A stretch of DNA of 64,000 nucleotides from Eledone cirrhosa (Eukaryota), in assembly GCA_964016885.1 (NCBI GenBank), contig OZ024741.1, positions 84,072,001 through 84,136,000 of the forward strand. Reading direction: 5' to 3'. A program made the position numbers and the translations under genes. The notes under the pieces were generated by a model, which worked only from the letters and a program-made list of their open reading frames with translations, did not search any database and was not told the DNA's origin. Shown here one piece after another: positions 1-14,090 of the stretch (its first letter is position 1; each line of letters begins with the position of its first letter).

Positions 1-29
1 ACAATCATACACACCCGTGTATATTTATC

Positions 30-98
<69 letters not shown>

Positions 99-229
99 GT
101 GAGGTTTCTTTTACAAAATGAAAAATAACCGAGGTGTCCTACACGAGTGAAAGTATAAAGAAAAAAAGATGAAATCGAAAATGCAACCGGAGTCTTATTT
201 CTTTTTTAAATATATATATTTATTTGGTT

Positions 230-267
230 CCTTTACCGGTTTCGTAGTTCTTCTGCTTTTCAAAAGG
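230..267 (-). ncRNA. Minimal type I hammerhead-like motif, U3:A8 variant
   Basis: Minus strand reads cctt-TTGAAAA-gcag aagaa ctac-GAAA-ccgg-TA-aagg. Stem I is cctt/aagg and stem III is the palindrome ACCGGT. Confidence 0.55.
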
Positions 268-400
268 TGAGTTGAGATGGAGGGTCTGTGGTTTTTCTCA
301 CATCAGATGTGATAAAAACCTGATTAGACAACTTTGTTCTCATTAGTTAGAACACTTTTCGTGAAAACAAGAGGTTCGTTATGTTGGCGCATACATCTCG

Positions 401-449
<49 letters not shown>

Positions 450-607
450 ATATATTTAGAACAGAAAACGAAAAGCCAGTGGTGCATCTGAACTCAGTTT
501 ATTGTGTGTTACAATTCTTTCGCCGGCGGACAGCTCGAGACGCGATCATTAAGAGCATAGAGTGTTCAACCGACATACCACATATGGAAGCATCTTAGCT
601 ACCATCA

Positions 608-651
<44 letters not shown>

Positions 652-654
652 TAC

Positions 655-700
<46 letters not shown>

Positions 701-999
701 ATAATAATAATAATAATAATAATGATTTCATTTATTGGCCACAAGGGCCGACATATAAGGGACAATACGAAAGACTGGGACAGTGGGGTTTTACAGATAA
801 ATCGAGTAAACAATATGAATAACAATAACAAAGCAACAATAACAAAGTAACAATAAAGTAACAATAAAATTACAAGAAAAATTCCCCAATAGGGGGGATG
901 ACCACCCAGGGTTCGCTCAGGTACCCCACCAATCCTGAACGACCCGACGCTTCGAGAGCACCCTGGAAGAGCACCCCTCTCCTCCTCAAATTTACCTAC

Positions 1000-1515
1000 C
1001 TACAGCCGCATGACCAGCGTAGGCCCACTCACACGGGCCATTCTCGCCACATTCACCCCCCTTTCAGCAAATGTACTGGGGGGAAGCACTTCTCTCTCCA
1101 CCCTCACCTTCCTTTCCAAGTAAAACTTGAAAGAGTTGATGAGGGATTGGCCGAAGAGAAAAGTGTCTGTCTTCAGTCCTTTCAACCTCGTCCACCATAC
1201 AACCTCTTTCGCTACTGCCACCAGACAAAGGAAAATTGCCTGTCCTTCCTGGCCAAAAGAAGGCGGCGGGTCGATCTTCACTATGGACTCATCCGATAGC
1301 CGGATCCGTTCTACACGCGACAACAGCTGTTCAACATAGCTCCACAAGTCAGTAATGCACGGACACTGGACGAGTGCTTGCAGAACGGTTTCGTTGCTCT
1401 GCGTGCATCTCGGGCAGATCCGTCTGACAGCACTTCCGTGCCTGTAGAGTTTACCTCGAACCGGCAGTGCTCCCCGGTAGCACTGCCAAGCGAGGGATTT
1501 TTGGAAAGTATCCAT
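1000..1515 (-). pseudogene. LINE ORF2 C-terminal zinc-binding region
   Basis: CPRC...ETVLQALVQC, matching the L1/Tx1 CxxC-ETxxH-C motif with His changed to Gln. Confidence 0.8.
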
Positions 1516-1617
1516 CGTCCCCGGCTCGAAAGTCCTCCGATACAGACTGGTTAGTTCGAGTTCTTTGATTCCCAGAGCCTCTCCAAATGCGTTGTCGCAC
1601 TTCCCACCATTAATCCT

Positions 1618-2619
1618 CTATAGAACTCGAGAGTGGAAGTTCCACTGACCGCATTGCCCGCCTGGTAGAGGGCAGTGAGTGCCTGGCAACATTCCAGATG
1701 TCAGTCCCCCAGCCAGTCTCAGTCTCTTCTTGACCCAGGACTGCAGCTCCGTCCATGAAACGAGCTGCGGAAAGGCCCGTCTTACAAACGGCGACCACAC
1801 CTGTTCACCGTTTAGGCAGAATATCAGGAGATGCCGCAGCCTCAGCGCGTGTCTGCGCATCATTAGCCACGGCATGCCCAGCCCTCCACGTAGAGGGCGC
1901 TGGCAGCAGATGGACCGCCTCACCAGCAGAACCTGACCCCTCCACAAGAATTTGACCACCGAGCAGGTGCCGCTGTGCATTGCAGAGATCCAGCTTCTGA
2001 AGACGTGGCCGAAGCCAGCCGCCTTGAGGACAGCCTCCAGGTACCGATGGTCGACCCTATCGAATGCTTTCGATTGATCTAAATTGATCAGAGCCCCACC
2101 GAAGCCAGGTTTGCACCCTACCCTCTCCATGATGTATCGCATTAGGTGGAGGTTGTCGTGTGGTTGGGATTGCGCAAGTTTGCGCCTCCCCAACCAATCC
2201 CCGACGACAAGCGCCAACCTCTTCGCTAACACCCTGGCCAAAATCTTAAACTCTGTGTTGAGCAGAGTTATGGGCCTGAAATTGTCTAATGTGTCCCTCT
2301 TGTTCTCGACTTTCCTTATCAGCGTCACTACGCCCCGGCTCACAGAACTAGCAATACTCCTGTTTTGCTGCCAGTTGCAGTAGAGGGCTTCGAGGAGATT
2401 GGAGAACAAGTCTGGCATATTTACGTAAAGCTCGTAGGGCAGACCATCCAAACCGGGTGACTTGCGCCTCATGCAGCCGACAAGGGCATCCTGAATCTCG
2501 GCTGAAGTAATTGGCCTTTCGCAGCGCCCAGCGTCAGCCGTCAAGAGTTGTGGCAAGCCACCATCTCTGACCGCCACTTCCCCCGAACAACCGAGCAAAA
2601 TGTTGGCGAAAGGCCTCAC
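1618..2619 (-). pseudogene. LINE ORF2 reverse transcriptase, internally deleted
   Basis: KSPGLDGLPYELY, NFRPITLLNTEFKILA and LDQSKAFDRVDH are present. The frame then jumps from HSGTCSVV to FLWRG..GGLGMP, so the QG and YADD motifs are missing. Confidence 0.9.
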
Positions 2620-3357
2620 ACACCCGCTTGGAATCGTTCAGCTCGTGTCCGTCTCGGTCGGTCAAAGCCCGAATCGTGGTTTTATTACCACACTGCGCCT
2701 CTGCCACACGGGCTCATCGAACAGATTTGGTTCCCTCGTTTCTCAGAGCACGCGCCTTAGCTCTGACAATGCAATCTTCGTGTTTCGCATTGAAGAAATG
2801 GTCGCCGCTAGCACGTCAGTTGCAATGCCACTACCAATAGCCTCGTCTAATTTATCTACCAAATCCCCTCCTTTCTATTTTTCTCTAACGCTACTTCTTT
2901 GATAAACTCTATCGACATTACTCTAATCTCTCTTTTGAGAGCCCCCACCATCTATTGTTGACGACTCCCCCTGTCAACTTTTCTTAACTAAATTGTGGTC
3001 CCTGGTCCCTGTAAGCCTCACGTGCCGGAAATGACATGTTTAGCTTCAAGTAACCAGGTCCTAACCTACGCGTCTTATCTAGGTCGACCATACAGATCAC
3101 AAACTTGTGATCTGAATAGGCGACCGTTTCAAAACGTGGACAGCTTACACTATTTCTGTCTATTTACCTAATGAATATCCTGTCTAATACGATCTAGATG
3201 ACCCTATGCGGTTAGCCCAGCTCCACACTGGCGCATTAGGGAAATCTAGTCGGTACCTGTCAGACTGTTGGAACTGGCTGATCAGGTTCTTGAGGCTTTT
3301 GCACCCCCACCTCACCCCCGCTCCTATCGGATACTCCCAAACAGTCCCCGCGTGCGT

Positions 3358-3795
3358 CTAAGATCCGTTCCAGTCCCCCGTTAACAGTAAAGGGCGAGAC
3401 GTGCCCAGAAAGGCTTCCAGGAGTCTAAAGAAGTCAGGCCGTCCTTCTCCCGTAGGAGCGTAGACGGCCACCAGTCTAAAGGCACCACTTTCGTTATTGT
3501 TCACGTCCAGGACCACCAACTTCCCGTCCGGGTCCCGGAAGATCGACCTTACCTCGAGATCCAGGCCTTTCCTAAACACCACTGCCACCCCGCCTCCCAT
3601 TCCCGGCTGGCTAACACATGCAAAGATCTGATAGTCGTCGAAAATAGGGGCTAGTACGTGCGTGTCGGAAATCCTGGTCTCGCTGACGGCAATTACATCC
3701 ATTTCTAGAGACCTGAGGTCATTGAGCAGGTGACCCTGCTTCCAGGACGATCCCAGGCCTCGAACATTTAAACATCCTACTCTTAATACGGCCAT
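3358..3795 (-). pseudogene. LINE ORF2 apurinic-like endonuclease domain
   Basis: GCLNVRGL, DVIAVSET, VAVYAP and LTGDWN motifs; the frame is broken downstream. Confidence 0.9.
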
Positions 3796-3799
3796 GTTG

Positions 3800-5633
3800 G
3801 CAGGTTAAAAAGAGAGAGAGGAAAGGTTTCCTTACCTTCCGGGCTTTTGTGAAGGTCGGGTTGTTCGACCTCCACAGTTGCTGGGGTTTCTTTTGGGAAC
3901 CCCTTTAAAAGTCTTGAAGTTGGTTTTACGTTCGGGGTTCCCACGTCCCGAGGAAAGCTGTCTCGTATTTCTTTGTATAATTCGATCGACATTCGCACCA
4001 GAACCAAATCTTCCGGCACGCGAAATGTGCTGGATTTAAAAATGTCCCCCTCTTTTTGTATATTTTTCACTTCGTGCTACGAAGTTTTGTATGTTTTGTT
4101 TGTGTGATTTTATTTGTTTGCGTGGCTGTGGTGGTGATGATGGTTTTGGTGGTGTTGTTTCGGTTGTGTCTGCGTTTGTTGAGTGCGGTGTCTGTGGTTT
4201 CAGATGTATGTGTGTATATTTGTTCTTGCGTCTGTTTAGGTTGTTTGCGTTTAGGGGGATTCTGGTGATGGTGATAGTGGTGTTGATGTTGGTGTTATTG
4301 GAGAGATGTTTGCGTGGGTGGTGTCTGCGTTCTTTATTGTGGGTGATTTTGTGCTTTGTTGAGTTATTTTTTCTTTTTGTGTTTCCTTTTTTGTATTTTG
4401 GGGGATTTTGGTTTTCACTCATCTTCACTACTGGTAGATGAGGGGTCTGTGTCTGTAAGTGTGTCTGTATGTATGTTTATTGTTTTATTGGTGTATGTAT
4501 TTGGGGGGGGAGGGGGTATTTGACAGCTTTCCTCGTTTCCCCCCTGGGTGGTCAATGTTGGTGGTGGTCTTTCTATTGGTGTTGTTGTTGGTGGTTTTGC
4601 CGGTGCTGGTGTTGGTTGTGGTCCTCGCTCCGGCGTCGGCAGCAGTGGAGCCTTTCGACCCCTTACCTCTTTCAGAAGTTGAGGGCAGAAGGCTCGCAAA
4701 TGGGTTTTTCCCCACAAACAAAACACTGCGGCCTTTTGCCTTCGGTCATAATGTGAATGACCGTCCCATTCTGAAGGCGGATGTGGTCCGGGATTATCTT
4801 CACATTCTCGGGCCTGATCTGGAGAAGGATCTCCAGGTCAACCCCGGACCAGTCCTCTCTGGCCGTTCCGGTCACTTCTATAGAGACGGTATCCGCCCCT
4901 CCACAATCAGACATCCCAGAAGCCACCATATGTCAAGTCCTGGTGGGATTCTGGGAATGCGGAGACGGGCCGTTCTATTTCCCATGTAGGAGGGGTACAT
5001 TATGACCTAGCTGGTTTTGCAAGGAGTCATAGCGTGTTTCATAGCGAGGGCTTCTGACTTGAACAACACCGAAATGGTGCCGTACTGTCTGCCCCTCTCT
5101 ATGTATTCGGTGTCTTCTCTGATGCAACTCAGCGCGACTTCGACATCTTCTTGTGGGATTAAAGCTGCCCTTTTGGTTTGTGCTGTGATGCATCTATAAT
5201 GCACCGTCCTGCGTTCCACTGCCTCAATAGCTTCTACCGGGATATTTAAGTTGGCCCAGGTTTGCTCTTGCTTGATGAGCTTCCATGCCTAGGCCAACTT
5301 TTCATCTTTCTTTGAGAGGTCCATGTTGAAGCATTGCCTCTTTTTTGCTGCTGCCACAGCGAAAGTGTTCTTCTTGTTTTCGTTGGGGGTGTTGTTGTCG
5401 TTGTCGTTGTTCTTGTTGGTGTTGTTGTTAGCACTGTCGTTGTTATCTTTGTTGTCTTTGTTGCTGCCGTTGTTCTCGGTACAGTTGGTATTGTTGCTGT
5501 TGGTATTGTCGCTATTTGTTTTCATGTTAGTGGTGTTGATATTGTTGTTGCATTTGTTATTTTTTTTTTTTGTTATCTGTATTTTCGTTGTCGCTCTTAC
5601 TTTTTCAAAAATTAGAGTTCTCATTGGTATCAT
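3800..5633 (-). pseudogene. Tx1-like ORF1 (gag-like), frameshifted
   Basis: Asn/Thr-rich low-complexity segments, TFAVAAAK, EDTEYIERGRQYGTISVLFK and a CCHC knuckle near 4690-4735. Confidence 0.65.
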
Positions 5634-6132
5634 TGGTGTCTTTGTTTACATTTTTTGTGGTGGTGTTTGTGTTATCAATCTGTGTTAATTTCGCTGTAGC
5701 GCTCCTCTCAACTTCTACGTCGTTGTCGCACGACAGCAGACATATCGCTGGAGGGCGTGGCTCAGCTATGTTTTTTTTTTCTCCGTAAATTTTTTAACAT
5801 GTAAAAAAATTAAAATATTTGGACCAAAAGGCCCATATATTATACTTCCCCCTTCACGGGGCAAAGTCTAAGGGCTTATATCCCTTACACAACAAGAGAT
5901 ATTTAACAACAAATAATTTTAACAGGCAAATAAAGCGACTTACTGGGAGCTAGCCAAAAAGACGTCCTAACAGACCAATAATAATAATAATAATAATAAT
6001 AATAGTAATAATAGTAAATTTGAAGACTAAAATCTCCATTCACCCTTAACGGGATCTTGAAAAGATCCTGTTAAGGGTGAAAGCAGCGATTCTTTGCTTA
6101 AACCTTAATCTGTTATTTTAATAAATAAATAA

Positions 6133-6213
<81 letters not shown>

Positions 6214-6366
6214 TATATTATATTGATCTTATATTATATATTAAAATTAAGAAAGAAAACCTCTAATTAGCGGAGTACAAAGAAGATAAACAATATATAT
6301 ATCATTCGGACCGTTTCCTTTCGCTATATGTCTCTCCACCACTCCCCTACACACCTTTTGAACTCT

Positions 6367-6400
6367 CACCTGAAGAAGGGCTTATGCCCGAGACGTCGTC
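6367..6400 (+). ncRNA. Degenerate minimal hammerhead in a PLE 3'-end fragment
   Basis: CTGAAGA-agggc ttat gccc-GAGA-c-GTC (GAAA mutated to GAGA), followed by AATAAA and (TA)n. Confidence 0.55.
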
Positions 6401-7585
6401 CTCCACCTACCCCCCACTCTCCTGAGCGTGAATTTAATAAACATTTATCGTACTGCCTCTCTGTTCTGTCCCTGTTCAATTTTTCATTATATATATATAT
6501 ATATATATTGGAATATTGATGGTTTTGACGAAGTCAGTAATCCAGTCTCCGATATTGCCTTTGTTCAGATGGACTGGCAACCACCAGCACTTCCACCAGC
6601 ACTTCCGCCATCAGCATTCTAGCTACAGTCTGTGCCTCCACCACTATCACACTGAATATCTTCTCCACTACCACAACCACTATCATCACCACAACCACCA
6701 CCATGATGGCAAGACTTCTCAACTCATGAAGTGCTCTCCACTTCTCTGTTCTAACGTGCAGCTGCTGACAAATAACAATCTTGTTACCAAAAGTGATAAA
6801 TGCCGGAAGAAACCTTTCATATGCTCTGTGTACACATGTTTCCGTTAAAACACGGATCAGCAATAAATACACTGCTATGTTTCAAGCATATATACATTAG
6901 CCCGTATATAGTTTCAACATGGACTTACAACATCTTCACATAACTAAGTGTATCCTTCTTAATTTTCTCCCTTGTTTCCATCTAAAACTTTCAATGTATC
7001 TCTGACTGAACAATTCCACACTTCCCCTTTTCTATTGCTGTGTTTACAATTCTCTCTTCCCCATACCCACTCTTTCTCTCTAACTTTGCTTTTCACGCCC
7101 CTCTCTCGATAATAGATACACACCATCTCTCATAGTATAGCTTTTTTTCTAGGTAAGAGGTATCTATCGCTCTTTCTCCCCTTCTATCTGCCATTCAAAT
7201 AGCTCTTCATATTTCTTCTCTTCTTCTGTGTCGCGAGATGATTGATGGAAAAAGCTGTGAACACACTACTTACAGATAAATACTCACAAATACTGGACAT
7301 CGATGTATCCACTCACATGGTAGTAAGTTAATACACATTTCTAGTTTGGAAGAACCTGATCAATCGGCCGTCATCCACATATATGTGAATATATATAAAT
7401 ACATGAAAAAAGTAAACGGAAACGACAAATCAAACAATACAGTCAAGTGTAGAAATAAATTAGTTTAACGCTTGATATAATAGGAAAAGTGTCTTCACGT
7501 TATGAACACTAATCCATTATCAGAAGAGAGAATGAAAAATTAATGAAATAGAAAGGTAAGGAGTGAGAATATGATTGAACAGAGA

Positions 7586-7629
<44 letters not shown>

Positions 7630-7896
7630 TATATATGCATGTGTGTGTGTGAATGCAAATCACATAGGAGTTTCAAGCGTGTGGCGATGGTTATTAGAAC
7701 ATAGGATTGAATTACCAGCTTTCAAAATAATCTAATAAGATGTATAACGAGAACTAACAGGACAAAATATCAATACGCGTGGGAATCGAAACCGCAACTC
7801 TTATTCTCGTGATAAGTCTGATTAGACAACATTGTTCTCATCAGTTATCACACTTTTCGTGAAAACAAGAGGTTCGTTATGTTGGCTCATACATCT

Positions 7897-8737
<841 letters not shown>

Positions 8738-8742
<5 letters not shown>

Positions 8743-9402
8743 AAAAGGAAAAGAAAATGCTGACAAATTATTCCCAGTGAAAAATATTTTAATTAGGAAT
8801 AAGCAAAAATTAGTAATAAGTATTGGTTAGTATTTAGTTTTAGTTTTAAGTTTTTACCGGTTGCGCATTTCTAATGCTTTTCAAAAATAATTTTGAGATA
8901 GAGCGCCCGTGATGTTTGCTCTAATCTGATCAGTTTTGGAAATTCTACATGCTTTATGTGAAAAAAGTGGCTCCAAAGGTATTAAGATTTGGTTGGTTGT
9001 GTTGAATGTCACGTGAATGAGTACTATAAGTTTCGCGCCAATTCGTGTTGCAAAAATTCTTGCAGTCTTTGCAACACGAATTGGCGCGAAACTTATAGTA
9101 CTCATTCACGTGACATTCAACAACCAACCAAATCTTAATACTAGTGGAGTCACTTTTTTCACATAGAAGAGGTAGAATTTCCAAAACTGATCAGATTAGG
9201 GCGCTCTATCTCAAAATTATTTTTGAAAAGCATTAGAAATGCGCAACCCGTAAAAACTTAAAACTGAAACTGAATACTAACCAATACTTATTACTAATTT
9301 TTGCTTATTCCTAATTAAACTATTTTTCACTGGGAAAAATTTGTCAGCACTTTCTTTTCCTTTTACTAAAATATCACAACTCGTCTGTTACACCTCTATT
9401 CT
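8738..9402. mobile_element. Inverted (fold-back) solo pLTR of the Neptune-like PLE family
   Basis: Arms 8738-9054 and 9068-9366 are reverse complements. The right arm plus a 36-nt tail matches 30566-30873. (TA)n lies on both sides. Confidence 0.9.
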
Positions 9403-10056
<654 letters not shown>

Positions 10057-10357
10057 ATATATATATATATATATATATCATCGAACCACAAATATTATAA
10101 ACACAGCATATTTGTACAAGTACTTAGTGCCTGTTGAAGTATTCATCCAATTTTATAATTTTTCTCCTCATGTAGAGAACAAAACGTTGAATAATGTTAC
10201 TAGTTTTAGTGGCAGTATCAACACGTTTATAATAAACAGCTATTATCTGCGACCTGATTTTGCGTGTGTGTCATTTTAACGGCTTGACCGCATGCGTTGG
10301 GCACGAAGCGAAATATTTACTTGCTGTAGGGCTGGCAACCTTATAGTATGGAAATAA

Positions 10358-10437
10358 GGTGTCTGAAGATCCATTTCTTTCCATTGGAAATTCTCTGGAT
10401 TTCCAATGTTTGGAATGGTGAAACCGTCGGTAACAGC
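10358..10437 (+). ncRNA. Hammerhead ribozyme with a 50-nt stem II
   Basis: tgt-CTGAAGA-tccatt..cattggaaat/atttccaatg..aatggt-GAAA-ccgtcg-GTA-aca, followed by AATAAA and (TA)n at 10510. Confidence 0.7.
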
Positions 10438-10509
10438 AATAGAAGAGGTGATTAATAAATTGTTTTTTAATTTATTTAGAAAATTGTTTGATAACCGCTT
10501 GCTCCGCTC

Positions 10510-10873
<364 letters not shown>

Positions 10874-11085
10874 TTAAAAAATAATGAATAAAACAATGAA
10901 ACAGTTCCTTATATTAAACAAAAAAAGTTCATTATTTAACGATCGTTTCTAGGATATATATGTGTTAGAATTGGCATGCATATTCAACAGATCTATGTAC
11001 AAAATTATACAAAATTATACAAACTATCAAAATTAAATATACATACCAAACACATATATATGCCGTCTTCAATATATATATGTAT

Positions 11086-12896
11086 ATTTATTAAAATAAC
11101 AGATTAAAGTTTAAGCAAAGAATCGCTGCTTTCACCCTTAACGGGATCTTCTGAAACTAACAAACTCAATCTGTAAACGCAGAACTGGATATTTCAAAAA
11201 ACGTTGCAACCGGAGGAAGACAGGAAGACGATACTTTGGTTCGTGGAAACGTTCGCTGGCTAAGAACGGGAAAAAACGAATATAATACGTCATTAATAGG
11301 AGCGGTGAAAAACAATACGCGCAAAGACAGAACCATGTTTATAGTATAATAGAGGTCGTAGACTAATGTTCTCTTAGGTGGTGCATAGAGACGTTCTCTG
11401 GCGATGAACGAAAAAAACGAAGATAATACGTCATATGTGGAGCGTGGAGAACAATAGCACGCAAAGACAACACCACGTAAATGGTATAGCAGAAGTCGTA
11501 GACTAAATTCTAACTAGGAGACCGAATGAATCTCCGCTACGGAGTTAAGAACAAAGTAAATAAATATAATACAGAAGTAATAGAAATAAATAAATACATA
11601 CACGCAAACAGAAACGTACATACACAAGCATACGCAAAAACTTACCATAGGTAAACAAAACCACGCACATAGAAATATGTGTGTGTGTGTAAGCGTGTAT
11701 ACAAATAAATAAATAATTATATAAACGTATATAAATAAATAAATACGTATATAACAAGCGCACACACATACCTACATGTAAATACACAAATGTTCGGAGA
11801 CGTAAGTCAACCAAAACATGAAGTACACATATACACACGCCCTACATACGTACGAACCTGCATACTCACACAGACGCAAAACTCCCGTATACACGTAGTC
11901 GAAGCATATGTACCAGAATATATAAAACAATTATACGCCATAACAATCAAATATACGTACGAGAAGGTATACGTAGCTTCACAAAACATACGGATAATAT
12001 ATACTTACCTATGCAAATAAGTAAAGGTATAAACAAAACATATACTTAGCTCCCACATCGAGACGTAGAATATCCACGTATAGATCGTACTATCCGTTAG
12101 GGTATGCCGTGGGGCTGTAATACAGGAAAGTTTTGTGCAATTTATGTTTACAAGCCGAAATTGCCTCAGATTTGTTGTTTAAGATGTCGTCTAGAGTATT
12201 TCCAGGGCCTCAGCGGCTCAGAGGTCACATGGTCTTTTATTTCCGTTATACGATCTAGCCCTCGCTAAGATCTCCCAGTGTAACTTATATTGGGTGCGGT
12301 TGTCTTTTAGACTCCAGATTTAAGCTGAAAGTGACGTCATATTCCTTCTTAGAGGGTTACGAAAAGAATGGGTATGCATGTAAAGACGCTGCTTGAATCT
12401 ATTGGCGGTTAACCCTATGTAGGCCCTACGGGACATGGGTGTTACAACCTTACATTTGTAGACAATGTTACTAGAGAGGCATTTCCCGGATAGGGGGCAA
12501 TCAATCCGATTCCTACAATTACAGTTAGTACTAACTACAGGGTTGCACGTGTTACTACGGCTAGGTAGTTTAGCTAAATTTTAAGCTGTGATGTTATGTG
12601 CAAGGTTATGAGTCGTAGAGTAAGACATTTTAATAGTATTTCTATTAAAACTTTTTCACCGCTCCTATTAATGACGTATTATATTCGTTTTTTCCCGTTC
12701 TTAGCCAGCGAACGTTTCCACGAACCAAAGTATCGTCTTCCTGTCTTCCTCCGGCTGCAACGTTTTTTGAAATATCCAGTTCTGCGTTTACAGATTGACT
12801 TTGTTAGTTTCAGAAGATCCCGTTAAGGGTGAAAGCAGCGATTCTTTGCTTAAACTTTAAACTGTTATTTTAATAAATATTTGCTCTACGGTTCTT
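11086..12896. mobile_element. Non-coding 1.8-kb element with ~227-bp inverted termini (family X, probably PLE-related)
   Basis: 11086-11312 is the reverse complement of 12652-12880, and the right end has an extra tail. The same terminus recurs at 6039-6126 and 33226-33289. Confidence 0.75.
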
Positions 12897-13035
12897 ATAT
12901 ATTTGATATATATTTATCCTTATCGAGCCCTCTTTGGATTTTAGTCTTCAAATTTATTATTATTACTATATATATGTATATATATATTAGGGTAAATATT
13001 GATGCAATTCAATTCAAGCACTCAACGTACTTTTT

Positions 13036-13108
<73 letters not shown>

Positions 13109-13175
13109 TATATGTATATATGTATATATATACATATATATATGTATGTATATATATATATATACATATATATAC

Positions 13176-13569
13176 ATAATAACTAGAAATTGATTAACAT
13201 ATAAATAAACATGAATAATCACAGGAGATAATTTTTACAAGTGTTTAACCACACATAGCTAGGTAGGTAACTAAATAAAGTTGACCAGAACTTCAAAAAT
13301 AGATACCTTTTAATATGATCAATCTTCCCTGTACATATTCCATTAAAGAAATATATTTCACCAATTAATCGAATGGAAACCACGGAAGCGGAAACTAAGT
13401 GTTTATTCATGTTTATTTATGTTAATCAATTTCTAGTTATTATAAAATGCTCGGACCTACTCGTTAGAATCTTAGAGCTTATTTTGCGGGTGATATGGCG
13501 AATGTCTTTCTGACATGACACCCATAATTTTGATTTAGATTAAATTCATTTGATTTATCTTAATTTTGG
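13176..13569. mobile_element. Short asymmetric fold-back insert between (TA)n tracts
   Basis: 13176-13218 is the reverse complement of 13403-13443, with a one-sided tail. Confidence 0.6.
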
Positions 13570-13629
<60 letters not shown>

Positions 13630-13923
13630 CGGTTTAAGGATTTACAGAAACCCAAGAAGCTAGATATTCCATCTCTCTAGTGGGTCCGGGTATGCATTTT
13701 ACATTCATTTCATTTATTGATTTATTGATAATTTATCTGAGTGTCCCGAATCTTCCATATCGAACTTATCGGTTATTTGGTTGATTGTAGACATATTCTA
13801 CGTGTGACGGTATTTAACGATAGTTATAGCTCTAATTTATTTGAATTATAGAGCCCTCTGCCGCTCATCTCGAATTTTGTTTATCGTGAACTCGTGCGCC
13901 GATTTTTCGATACTCGATTATTC

Positions 13924-14004
<81 letters not shown>

Positions 14005-14039
14005 CATATACATACATATATATATGTATATATATATAC

Positions 14040-14071
<32 letters not shown>

Positions 14072-14090
14072 GTATATACATATATATATA

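Larger units (their letters stand above)
724..5976 (-). mobile_element. L1/Tx1-clade non-LTR retrotransposon, full length, decayed
   Basis: ORF1 remnants with a CCHC knuckle (PQCFVCGEKTHLRAFCP, split by a frameshift), then APE endonuclease, RT and C-terminal Cys domain. The 3' end has AATAAA. (AAT)n lies on both sides (701-723 and 5977-6003). Confidence 0.9.

Noticed and set aside
490-560. Degenerate HHR-like motifs (also 6826-6870 and 7490-7525)
   Set aside because: The cores are too mutated to support without a family consensus.
6500-6720. Proline-rich pseudo-coding stretch
   Set aside because: In-frame stops and (CCA)-type low complexity; no domain.
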